The position numbers and the translations under genes are program-made. The notes under the pieces are model-generated. The model was not told where the DNA came from. It made no database searches and worked only from the letters and a program-made list of their open reading frames with translations. 64,000 nt of DNA from Alphaproteobacteria bacterium (GTDB taxonomy: Bacteria > Pseudomonadota > Alphaproteobacteria > CALKHQ01), in assembly GCA_965227515.1 (NCBI GenBank), contig CBDDFZ010000001.1, positions 2,432,001-2,496,000 on the forward strand. Direction: 5' to 3'. How positions within the stretch are numbered: position 1 is the first letter of the stretch; every line of letters begins with the position of its first letter. Positions 55,666 through 64,000 of the stretch are shown piece after piece.

Positions 55666-56616
55666 ATGACGCTGCGGGTGTTGAGCGAAGACGACCAGAA
55701 GAACTGGGACGACCTGGGCTATGTGGTGGTGCACGACGCGGTGCCGCCGGAAAACGTGGCCGCCGCCATCGACGCGATCTGGGAATTCACCGGCTTCAGC
55801 CCGGACCGGCCGGAGGAATGGAACCGGCCGCAGCCGCGCCCCAACGGGATGGAAGAGCTGAACGGCGCCGGCATGGTCGAGATGTACCACCACCCGGCAT
55901 TATGGGCGAACCGGCAGGTGCCGCGGGTGCACGGCGCGTTTGCCGACATCTGGGGGACCGAGGCGCTGTGGGTCACCATCGACCGCGCCAACTTCAACCC
56001 GCCGAAGCGCGGGGAGGGCGGCTTCCAGGGTTTCATCCACTGGGATATCGACACCTCCGAGCAGCCATTGCCGTTCGACGTGCAGGGCGTGCTGGCGCTG
56101 ACCGACGTCAATCCCGGCGATGGCGGGTTCCAGTGCGTGCCCGGCATGCCGAAGCTGTTCCCGGAATGGGTGAAGACGCAGCCGGCCGACCGCGACCCGA
56201 ACCGGCCCGACCTTGCCGACCTCACCGTCGAGGCGGTGGCGCTGAAGGCCGGCGACCTGCTGATCTGGAACAGCCAGTTGGCGCATGGCGTGTCGCCCAA
56301 CCGGGGCACGTGGCCGCGCATGGCGCAGTACATCGCGATGTCGCCGGCGCAGGAGGACAACGAGGCGGCGCGCCAGTGGCGGATCGAGTCCTGGCTGCAT
56401 CGCACGCCGCCGGTGGGCGATCCGTTCCCCGGCGACCCGCGCGAGTGGGAACAGAAGCACGGCACCACCGCGGCACTGACACCGCTGGGCCGCAAGCTGC
56501 TGGGGCTCGACCGCTGGTCCGAGGCGGCGTCGGCGGACAGCAACGCGGTCCAGGCCGATATGTCGCTGGACCAGAAGCGCGGCCGCCGTCGCGCCACGCC
56601 CGGTTTCGCGGCGTAG
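55666..56616 (+). CDS. Phytanoyl-CoA dioxygenase (PhyH) family Fe(II)/2OG oxygenase
   Basis: GYVVV..AV, HWD (HxD), GGFQCVPG, AGDLLIW...AHG; GGAGG RBS. Confidence 0.85.
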   Translation: MTLRVLSEDDQKNWDDLGYVVVHDAVPPENVAAAIDAIWEFTGFSPDRPEEWNRPQPRPNGMEELNGAGMVEMYHHPALWANRQVPRVHGAFADIWGTEALWVTIDRANFNPPKRGEGGFQGFIHWDIDTSEQPLPFDVQGVLALTDVNPGDGGFQCVPGMPKLFPEWVKTQPADRDPNRPDLADLTVEAVALKAGDLLIWNSQLAHGVSPNRGTWPRMAQYIAMSPAQEDNEAARQWRIESWLHRTPPVGDPFPGDPREWEQKHGTTAALTPLGRKLLGLDRWSEAASADSNAVQADMSLDQKRGRRRATPGFAA

Positions 56617-56740
56617 ATCTTTTTCGCTTACGCTAAGTCGGCACCAGCCCTCACCCCCACCCGGCCACCCAATCAGGATACTGTCGTGGGTGGCCGGGTG
56701 GGGGTGCGGGCCGGTGCAGATCAACCGAAGATCGCTCTAG
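56614..56740. repeat. Hairpin MITE family A, copy 4
   Basis: TAGATC...hairpin...GATCGCTCTAG; begins at the TAG stop of the PhyH gene. Confidence 0.85.
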
Positions 56741-56748
56741 GAGCCGAT

Positions 56749-57903
56749 TCAGAACGGCGCCGCCATGCTGGCCACGATGCCCTTGGTCATCGCGGTGATC
56801 GGCATGTGCTTCATCAGCGTGTTGATCAGGGCCGATGTGGTCTTGTGGCGGACCATCATCACCTTGGCCAGATGGCGGGAGTCGGTCTGGTTCTTCTCAA
56901 CGGTCTTCTGCACCCGGCGCTGCCAGCGCGCGAGCGCTGCCGGCACGCTGCTCGCGTCGGCGAGGCTGAGCTCGTAGGCAAGCGCGGCACCGGCCCGCAA
57001 GGCGTTCGACGCTCCGACCCCGGCCGTGGGCAGGAAGCCGATCCCGCTGTCTCCGGCCAAGGCGACGCGGCCGTCGAGCGCGGTGATCTGCGGCGCACGT
57101 ACGTCGTGCAGCTTCCACAGGAAGGGCCGGCCCTCGACGATGTCCCAAAGGCCGTCCAGCTTCGACAGTCCCGGACAGTGATCCAGCACCTCGCGGCGCA
57201 GGGCGTCGATGATCGCGGCCGGTTCCGCGTCGGCGTCAGGCGAGAGGTCGCGCGGCACGCCGACCGCGACGTTGACCTTGCCGGGCATCGGATAGAGGCC
57301 GACGAAGCAGGACGGGCCCCACCATTCCGATGCGGTGTTGGGCGCACCCACCGTTGGCGGTGCCCACCACATCCAGGCGTCGAAGCCGGTGTCGTGCGGC
57401 TCGATGTTGCCGAACAGGGCAGTGCGCAGGCGGCTGTGCATGCCGTCGGCTGCGACGACAACGTCGCCTGAGACACGCTCGCCGTCCTCGGTGACGACCG
57501 AGACACTGTCGCCGTCCGCTTCGGCGGACACGGCGGTGCAGCCGAAGCGCAATGCACCGTCGGGCAGTTGGGCGGCGAGCAGGTCGATCAGGTCGGCACG
57601 GGTGATGCCGAGCATCGGGCCGTAGTCCTGCAGCAGCCCGGCCAGGTCGACCGTCTGCAGCACCGCGCCGTCGGTGCCGTGCACCGTGTAGTCGTTGAGC
57701 GTGGTGGCGCGCGCCTCGAGCTGGTCGTGGATGCCAAGGGCGTTGAAGACGGCGCCACCCAGCGGATAGAGGCCCAGACCGTAGCCCGCCGCGCCATAAG
57801 ACTGCGCGCGCTCCAGCACGGTCACGTCATGGCTGCCGGTGCGCGACAGCAGCGCGCCGACAGTCAGCCCGGCGACACCGCCGCCTGCGATGACCAATTT
57901 CAT
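56749..57903 (-). CDS. FAD-dependent monooxygenase (UbiH/salicylate hydroxylase-like)
   Basis: GGGVAG, AADG, LAGD...P..G.GA motifs. Confidence 0.88.
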   Translation of the reverse strand: MKLVIAGGGVAGLTVGALLSRTGSHDVTVLERAQSYGAAGYGLGLYPLGGAVFNALGIHDQLEARATTLNDYTVHGTDGAVLQTVDLAGLLQDYGPMLGITRADLIDLLAAQLPDGALRFGCTAVSAEADGDSVSVVTEDGERVSGDVVVAADGMHSRLRTALFGNIEPHDTGFDAWMWWAPPTVGAPNTASEWWGPSCFVGLYPMPGKVNVAVGVPRDLSPDADAEPAAIIDALRREVLDHCPGLSKLDGLWDIVEGRPFLWKLHDVRAPQITALDGRVALAGDSGIGFLPTAGVGASNALRAGAALAYELSLADASSVPAALARWQRRVQKTVEKNQTDSRHLAKVMMVRHKTTSALINTLMKHMPITAMTKGIVASMAAPF

Positions 57904-57975
57904 GGAACCTCCGCTTTGGTTGGCGCGCGAAGCCTAGCCAAGCAGAGTTAATAGATTCAGTTGCTGTGTCCCTGG

Positions 57976-58722
57976 CTACCTTCCACCGGCGACATCGATG
58001 AGGGCGCCGGTGGTGTAGCTCGACCCGTCGTCGAGCAGGAACAGGATCGTATCGGCGACCTCTTGGGCGGTGCCGGGACGGCCAAGCGGCGATTGGTTGC
58101 CGAGGCGTTCGGCGCGGTCCGGCTCGCCGCCGCTGGCGTGGATTTCGGTCTCGATCAGCCCCGGCCGCACCGCGTTGACCCTGATGCCGCGCGGTCCCAG
58201 CTCCTTCGCCAGCCCGATGGTCATGGTGTCCATGGCGCCTTTTGAGGCGGCGTAGTCGACATATTCGAACGGCGAGCCGAGCCTGGAGGCGGCGGACGAG
58301 ACATTGACCAGCGCGCCGCCCTTGCCGTTGCGGTCGCGGTCCAGCCGCCGCGCCGCCTCCCGCGAGACCAGGAAAGAGCCGAGCACGTTGGTGTCCAGTA
58401 CGCGGCGGATGCGCTCCAGCGTCATCTCGGCGAGCGGGATCGAGGGGGCGACGATGCCGGCATTGTTGACCACACCGTCCAGCGGACCGAAGGCGTCCTC
58501 CGCCGCGTCGAACATCGCCAGCACGTCAGGCTCCGCCGTCACGTCGCCGCGCACGGCACGCGCCTGGCCGCCGGCCTGCTCGACCAGCCGCACGGTCTCG
58601 TCGGCCGCGTCCGCATTGTCACGGAAATTGATCGTCACCGCCCAGCCGCGCGCCCCGGCGGCGACCGCCGTCGCACGGCCGATCCCGCGACTACCGCCGG
58701 TGATGAGGATGGATTTCGACAT
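57976..58722 (-). CDS. SDR family oxidoreductase
   Basis: TGGSRGIG, NNAG, YAASK. Confidence 0.93.
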   Translation of the reverse strand: MSKSILITGGSRGIGRATAVAAGARGWAVTINFRDNADAADETVRLVEQAGGQARAVRGDVTAEPDVLAMFDAAEDAFGPLDGVVNNAGIVAPSIPLAEMTLERIRRVLDTNVLGSFLVSREAARRLDRDRNGKGGALVNVSSAASRLGSPFEYVDYAASKGAMDTMTIGLAKELGPRGIRVNAVRPGLIETEIHASGGEPDRAERLGNQSPLGRPGTAQEVADTILFLLDDGSSYTTGALIDVAGGR

Positions 58723-58941
58723 CGCTTGATCCCTCTGGTGTGTTCGCGGTCACACTACACGCCGGCCTGCCTTCGTGCCGCTGCAACGTTGCCGCGATCT
58801 CGCCTTGCTCCGCCCCCACTTGCACGCTCGACGGGGAGTCGGCGGCGCTCATCCGGCGCAAACAATGGCAACACGCGCCGTATTCGATCAGGATAACGAG
58901 ATCTGAAGTCATCCTGCCTTTCGACGACCAGGGAGCCTCGT

Positions 58942-60456
58942 ATGTATCTGGGAGCAATCAGGCGCGGTGCCATCGTGGCAGCCGTGTCTGTCGGCGCATG
59001 CTGCGCCATGGCAGCGACGGCGTCAGCCGCCGAGCTGATCTTGTTCGACGGCAACAACTGCACCGGCGACTTTCGCATGACCGACCGGTCGATCTCCGAC
59101 CTCAACCAGGTCGGGTTCGACAACCGCGTCAACTCGTTCATGGCGATCACCGGAAGCTGGCGCTTCTATCGCGACGCCAACTACCAGGAAAACAACGGGC
59201 CGTCGTTCCAGATCGGCCCCAGCGGCTACACCGAGACCTGCTGGTCGCTGAACGACGCCTCGCAGGGCAACTTCCCGAACAACCGGATGTCGGCTGTCGA
59301 GCTGTTGCAGGACTCGCCCGGCCCGCAGCCGGAAGGCATCGCCATCCTGTACGACTTCACCAATTTCGGCGGCCAGTACCGCATCCTGACCCGCTCGGTG
59401 CAGGATTTCCGCCAGATCGGCTTCGACAACGACGTCGAGTCCATCCGTGTCGTCTCGGGCACCTGGAATTTCTATCGCGACGCCGGCTTCGGCGCGCCGC
59501 CGGGACGGCCGTCGATCACGCTGGGGCCGGGCGATTACGCCAATGTCGCGAACGTGCCGGGCTATCCGCAGGGCCATTTCCCCGGCGACCTGATGTCGTC
59601 GGCGGAGTTCGCGCTTGAGGGACCGCCCCCGCCCCCGCCGCCGCCGGACCCCGAGCCGCAGCCGTTGCAGTGCGCGCCGGGTCAGGTGGACGCAAACGGC
59701 CAGTGCCTGTCGTGCTGGGAGCCGTTCGGCAACCAGCCGGGCTCGTCGGTGCTGAATGCCGCCGGCAACGCATGCGAGTGCGCGCCGGGCTACGAGTGGG
59801 ACAATTTCGGCGCCACCAATATCGGCGGCACCGTCTTCCGCGACTGCGAGCCGGTGCAGTCGCCGGCACCGCCGGTGTGCCCCGGGCCGTATCAGTATCT
59901 GGATCAGGGCACCGGGCAATGTGCGTTCCAGTGCCACCAGAGCACGCAGCCCAACCTGTCGACCGGCGAGTGCGATTGCCTGCCTGGCACCAGCGAGGCC
60001 GGCGTGCTGGCCGACGGACGGCGCTACTGCCTGGCGTCGACCGTGCCAGAGCCGCCGGCACAGACGGTGCGCTACACGGCGCCGGCGACCCCGTTCCTGG
60101 TCGCGGCCAACGCTGCCGGCTTCACGTTCCAGACCAGCGCCGACCCCGGCGTGACCTGTAACGTCCAGCTTGCCACCGGCCGCATCGAGGTCGAGGTCGT
60201 CGGCCCGACCGTGCCGCAGGCCCGCTCTTGCATCGTCACGATGATGGCCGGCCGGCTGCTGGCGCCGGGCTGGCGGTTCGAGGACTACGCCCTGGTCACG
60301 CTGGCCGGTCAGGCGGTGCCGATCGGGCTGACCGGCATCCTGCCGTTCTCGATCCAAGTGACGGTGCCGCCGTTCCAGCAGGCCGCGGTGGCGCGGGTCG
60401 ACAGCATCGACCTGCTCGGACCGGCAGGCCTGACCTGGCAGCAGGCGTTGCAATAG
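58942..60456 (+). CDS. Secreted betagamma-crystallin domain protein with Cys-rich region
   Basis: Signal peptide; two crystallin domains (LF/YD..N..G...FDN.V.S...G.W.FY.DA.Y/F); poly-Pro linker; Cys-rich repeats. Confidence 0.8.
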   Translation: MYLGAIRRGAIVAAVSVGACCAMAATASAAELILFDGNNCTGDFRMTDRSISDLNQVGFDNRVNSFMAITGSWRFYRDANYQENNGPSFQIGPSGYTETCWSLNDASQGNFPNNRMSAVELLQDSPGPQPEGIAILYDFTNFGGQYRILTRSVQDFRQIGFDNDVESIRVVSGTWNFYRDAGFGAPPGRPSITLGPGDYANVANVPGYPQGHFPGDLMSSAEFALEGPPPPPPPPDPEPQPLQCAPGQVDANGQCLSCWEPFGNQPGSSVLNAAGNACECAPGYEWDNFGATNIGGTVFRDCEPVQSPAPPVCPGPYQYLDQGTGQCAFQCHQSTQPNLSTGECDCLPGTSEAGVLADGRRYCLASTVPEPPAQTVRYTAPATPFLVAANAAGFTFQTSADPGVTCNVQLATGRIEVEVVGPTVPQARSCIVTMMAGRLLAPGWRFEDYALVTLAGQAVPIGLTGILPFSIQVTVPPFQQAAVARVDSIDLLGPAGLTWQQALQ

Positions 60457-60512
60457 GCAGCGCTGGTCTTGATCGGCAATACAGTGGCGGTGGATGGGTC
60501 CATCCTATCCAC

Positions 60513-60663
60513 CGTCATTGCGAGGAGCGCCTGTATCGGCGCGACGCGGCAATCCAGTGCGGTGCTGGCGTCGCCACGGCAATCGCCTGGATCGCCACGC
60601 CGCCCCTCACTAACAATTGGGTCAGCTATCCGGCTGACCCTTGAGGCGCGGCTCGCGATGACG
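60513..60663. repeat. CGTC-type REP doublet (GTCATTGCGAG family), copy 2
   Basis: CGTCATTGCGAGGAGCGCC...GCAATCCAG...CTGGATCGC...GCTCGCGATGACG, with an extra internal hairpin. Confidence 0.8.
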
Positions 60664-60709
60664 CCAGATTGAGTGACTGGCCGGCGCAATCCGACCACTG
60701 GTCCAAAGC

Positions 60710-60739
60710 AAACGGCCCGCACCGAAGGGTGCGGGCCGT
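60710..60739 (-). terminator. Terminator hairpin downstream of rpmG
   Basis: 12-bp stem ACGGCCCGCACC-GAAG-GGTGCGGGCCGT with a short U run on the minus strand. Confidence 0.7.
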
Positions 60740-60771
60740 GTCTCATGCAAACGGCGACGAGTGCGCGCCGC

Positions 60772-60942
60772 TCACTTCATCTTGGATTCCTTGAACAGCA
60801 CGTGCTTGCGCGCCCGCGGGTCGTACTTGCGCATCTCAAGCTTTTCCGGGTGCTTGGTGGTGTTGCGCTTCGCGACATAGAAATAGCCGGTGTCGGCCGT
60901 GCTCACCAGCTTCACCAGCAGGGCGCCGCCCTTCTTAGCCAT
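60772..60942 (-). CDS. rpmG: 50S ribosomal protein L33 (Cys-free form); not in the ORF track
   Basis: Translated by hand: [56 protein letters not shown]; AGGAG RBS. Confidence 0.96.
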   Translation of the reverse strand: MAKKGGALLVKLVSTADTGYFYVAKRNTTKHPEKLEMRKYDPRARKHVLFKESKMK

Positions 60943-61007
60943 CTAACTCTCCTGCGGAAAAAACGGGGAGCGGTCACGTGTCCGCCCCGTGCCGCGTCAG
61001 GCCGTGG

Positions 61008-61036
61008 GACATAAGCGTTCCCCGGCCAATTGTCAA
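61008..61036 (-). promoter_or_regulatory. Putative sigma70 promoter of rpmG
   Basis: Minus strand TTGACA-N17-TATGTC. Confidence 0.6.
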
Positions 61037-61062
61037 TGTCGGTGGGGCAGAACCCCAACAGC

Positions 61063-62634
61063 TCAGTACCGCGCGGTCGCGAATTGCTGGCTGGTCAACT
61101 GGGCGGCCTGGCTGAACAGGTTGCTGTCGGTGATCAGCCGCTGTGCCACCGTCACGTCGACGTCGGTGGTGTCCTCCTCGGGCACGCAGCTTGCGCGCAG
61201 TGCCTGATCCGCGGCGTCGGACTGCGGCGTCGCGCGCCACGCCTCCATCGACTGGCGGGTGCTGGCGATGTTGGAGCGGAAGGCGGCGATCACGGCGGCC
61301 GCGTCGTCGCCGAAGCCGCTGGTGCACACATTCGGCAGGATGCCGCGGCCATGGAACTCATAGCCTGACGGGGCGTGCAGCGCCGACCAGGTGAGGATCA
61401 GCTCGCCGTTGTTGGGCGGGCTCAGCACGGTCTGCACCACGCCTTTGCCGAACGAGGTGGAGCCGACGACGATGGCGCGGCCGGTGTCCTGCAGGGCGGC
61501 CGCCAGCACCTCGGCGGCCGAGGCGGACCGGCCGTTCATCAGCACGACCAGGCTGCGCCCGTTCAGAATGTCCCCGGCCCGCGCCGCGAACTCGTCGCCA
61601 CTGTCGGGGTGGCGTCCCTGCGCCCATCCGACGAGGCCGCGCCCGACGAACAGGTCGGCGGCGATCACCGCCTGGTCCAGCAGCCCACCCGGGTTGTCGC
61701 GCAGGTCGAGCACGACGCCGCTCAGGTTGCCGCCACTCTGGCGCAGAAGCTCGCCGATGGCGTCCTGCAGGTCCTCGGCGGTCGACTGGTTGAAGCCGAG
61801 CACCCTGACGATGCCGATATTGCCTTCCAGCCGCGGATCGACCAGCGATTGCAGGATGAAACCGCGGGTCACCGTCACTTCGAAGGCGGGCGGTTCGCCG
61901 CCGCGCCAGATCGACACCTCGACGCGCGTGCCGATCTGGCCGCGCAGGGCGTTCAGGACCTCGCGCTGGCTCATCGTGTAGACCGATCGTCCCTCGATGG
62001 CGACGATAACGTCGCCGGACTTCAGCCCGGCGTCCTCGCCCGGCGTGTCCGGCAGCACGTTCAGGATCTCGACCCCGTCCTCGGGTGTGTCGTCGATGCC
62101 GATTCCGACCCCGCCGAAGCCATCGCGCTGCGCCCTGTCGTCGGCGGCTTCCGCCGCCGAAAGGTAGCGCGAATAGCTGTCGAGCGTGATCAAGGCGTTG
62201 TCGATCACCGCCTCGTAGATATCCTCCGCGCCGGCGGCAGCCAGGCTGGGCGAGACCGTGCGGCCCGCATTGATGACGTCCGCCGTCAGCGACGCCCATT
62301 GGTCGGGGCTGTTGCTCGCAGGCAACTGGAACTGGGCCACCGGATTGGCGGCATATGACAGGGTCAGGCTGCCGGATGCCTGCTCCACCGAAAACTTGTC
62401 GTCGAGCGTGGCGAGGCCGGCGATGCCGTCGCTGGCAATCTGGGCCACGCTGACCGCGTCGATGTAGCGGCTGTTGATGTTGCGGTAGGTGTAGTCGAAC
62501 ATGCGTTCGGCCGACGCCTGGTTGTAGGTGGCGTTGGGCTCGGTCACCCCGACCGGCGCGGTACAGCCCGCCAACGCCAGCATGGCTGCCGCCATCGTGG
62601 CGGGAACAAGCCGGGTCAGTCTCGGTTCAGTCAT
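61063..62634 (-). CDS. S41 family C-terminal processing peptidase (lipoprotein, PDZ)
   Basis: Lipobox LAGC, GGVGI PDZ entry, DLRDNPGG, SASAAE, SFGKG.VQ; start set at MTEPRL. Confidence 0.9.
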   Translation of the reverse strand: MTEPRLTRLVPATMAAAMLALAGCTAPVGVTEPNATYNQASAERMFDYTYRNINSRYIDAVSVAQIASDGIAGLATLDDKFSVEQASGSLTLSYAANPVAQFQLPASNSPDQWASLTADVINAGRTVSPSLAAAGAEDIYEAVIDNALITLDSYSRYLSAAEAADDRAQRDGFGGVGIGIDDTPEDGVEILNVLPDTPGEDAGLKSGDVIVAIEGRSVYTMSQREVLNALRGQIGTRVEVSIWRGGEPPAFEVTVTRGFILQSLVDPRLEGNIGIVRVLGFNQSTAEDLQDAIGELLRQSGGNLSGVVLDLRDNPGGLLDQAVIAADLFVGRGLVGWAQGRHPDSGDEFAARAGDILNGRSLVVLMNGRSASAAEVLAAALQDTGRAIVVGSTSFGKGVVQTVLSPPNNGELILTWSALHAPSGYEFHGRGILPNVCTSGFGDDAAAVIAAFRSNIASTRQSMEAWRATPQSDAADQALRASCVPEEDTTDVDVTVAQRLITDSNLFSQAAQLTSQQFATARY

Positions 62635-62835
62635 CGTGTCTTCCGCACACCCATGCATCGTGAGTTGCATCGTGAGTCTTGGGTCCGGTCGCTTTGCGGC
62701 CCGGTTGCCGCCTGGCGGCATGCCTTGCGGGACGCGCCTTGCATCGTGCCGCGTCGATATGGCGACACTTATACAATATTTGTCCGCAATAGCGTTAACA
62801 TGCGTGCGTGCCGTCTGTGCAGGCTGTAGCGACCG

Positions 62836-64000
62836 TCACTGCCTGCGCCGCCGCGATGTGCCCCGCGACGACGTTTTCTTCGAGCGCCCGCCCTTCTGGG
62901 CCGGCCGCGCCCGCCCGCCGCGCGCGGTTGTCGGCCGGTGGGTCTGGTGCCAGCGCTCCGGCTCCAGGATCAGGCCGCCGGTCAGCGGGTCGGCCTCGCG
63001 CACGTGCACGTCCACACGGTCGCCGATCTTCACCTGCGTGCCGCTGCGCCGGCCGCTCAAGACGTTGCGGTCGCGGTCGAAGTCGATCCGCTCGTCGGCG
63101 ACCATGCTGATCGGCATGAACCCCTCGGCCATTGGCCGGTCGATGCGGATGAACGCGCCGGCGCGGGTGACGCCGCTGACCGTGCCGGGCAACGTCTTGC
63201 CGACCAGGGTCAGCATCACCTGGGCGGCAAACCGCGACACCGTCTCGCGTTCGGCCACCGTCGCCCGCCGCTCGCACGACGACAGGCGCCCGCCGAGTTC
63301 GCGCAGTGTGTCCAGGCCGGGTTCGTGCTCCCACCCGCCTTCGCCGAGTCGGCACTGGGCGATCAGACCGCGGTGGACGGTGAGGTCGGCATAGCGCCGG
63401 ATCGGCGAGGTGAAGTGCGTGTAGCGGTCCAGGCCGAGGCCGAAATGGCCGATGTTGTCGGGGCTGTAGACGGCGGTAGCCTGGGCGCGCAGCACCATCA
63501 CGTTGATCAGCTCGCGCTCGGGCCGGTCTTGCAGGTGGGTCAGCACCTTGTTGAACATATCGCCGGTGGGGCGGGCACCGCGCGGCAGCTTCAGCCCGAG
63601 CGCGGCCAGCGTGCCACGCAGGTCCTCCACCGCCTCCCGGTTCGGCTCGTCGTGGACGCGATAGAGGCAGTGCACGTTGGCGCCGCCCAAGGTGCGTGCG
63701 GCGGCGACGTTGGCCGCGATCATGAACTCCTCGATCAACTGGTGGCTGGGCAGGCTGGGCCGCTCCACCACGTCGACCGGCTGGCGGTTGGCATCCAGAA
63801 TGACCTGCGCCTCGGAGGTATGGATTTCCAGCGTGCCGCGCCCCTTGCGCGCCTTCAGCAGGGCCTTGTAGGCACCGTGCAGCGGCGCGATCACGTCGTC
63901 CATCAACGGCGCGGTCATGCCGTCGGCGTTGCCGTCGATGGCGGCCTGCACCTGCTCGTAGGTCAGCCGGGCGACGGAGCGCATCAGCCCGCGATGGAAT
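62836..64000 (-). CDS. rnr: Ribonuclease R, 3' part (partial)
   Basis: LIEEFMI.AN, RVH, HFGL...YTHFTSPIRRY.DL, S1 domain, basic tail. Confidence 0.95.
   Translation of the reverse strand, partial: FHRGLMRSVARLTYEQVQAAIDGNADGMTAPLMDDVIAPLHGAYKALLKARKGRGTLEIHTSEAQVILDANRQPVDVVERPSLPSHQLIEEFMIAANVAAARTLGGANVHCLYRVHDEPNREAVEDLRGTLAALGLKLPRGARPTGDMFNKVLTHLQDRPERELINVMVLRAQATAVYSPDNIGHFGLGLDRYTHFTSPIRRYADLTVHRGLIAQCRLGEGGWEHEPGLDTLRELGGRLSSCERRATVAERETVSRFAAQVMLTLVGKTLPGTVSGVTRAGAFIRIDRPMAEGFMPISMVADERIDFDRDRNVLSGRRSGTQVKIGDRVDVHVREADPLTGGLILEPERWHQTHRPTTARGGRARPAQKGGRSKKTSSRGTSRRRRQ

Noticed and set aside
16385-56740. Recurrent palindromic repeats as a possible CRISPR array
   Set aside because: Copies are dispersed kilobases apart, there is no regular repeat-spacer periodicity and no cas genes

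Overview
GC-rich alphaproteobacterial (Rhodospirillales-like) core-genome segment. It carries the NADH:quinone oxidoreductase operon (end of nuoB, then nuoC-N), coaX-rnj-DUF1467, lolC/E-lolD, and the conserved alphaproteobacterial block xth-erpA-dgt-argS-SPOR(ftsN-like)-nagZ-scpAB-tatABC-serS-surE-pcm-nlpD-DUF815-yajC-secDF-Mth938-SQS/PSY-trmFO. It ends with rpmG, an S41 peptidase and a partial rnr. Accessory material is inserted at several junctions: (i) a duplicated module of a tiny Cys-lipoprotein plus a secreted Sel1-like protein (20.9-24.0 kb); (ii) AT-rich cassette-like ORFs bracketed by near-identical GTAG-type REP doublets (29.5-31.0 kb); (iii) two internally duplicated Sel1-repeat proteins; (iv) an intact IS630 element and four ~128-bp hairpin MITEs that share its ends and overlap stop codons; (v) a secreted betagamma-crystallin/Cys-rich protein. 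Also notable are a TatB with a long histone-H1-like tail and a well-defined orphan sRNA (promoter plus terminator) at the position where proS usually lies. No rRNA, tRNA or CRISPR array was seen. All calls come from reading the sequence; no database searches were run.
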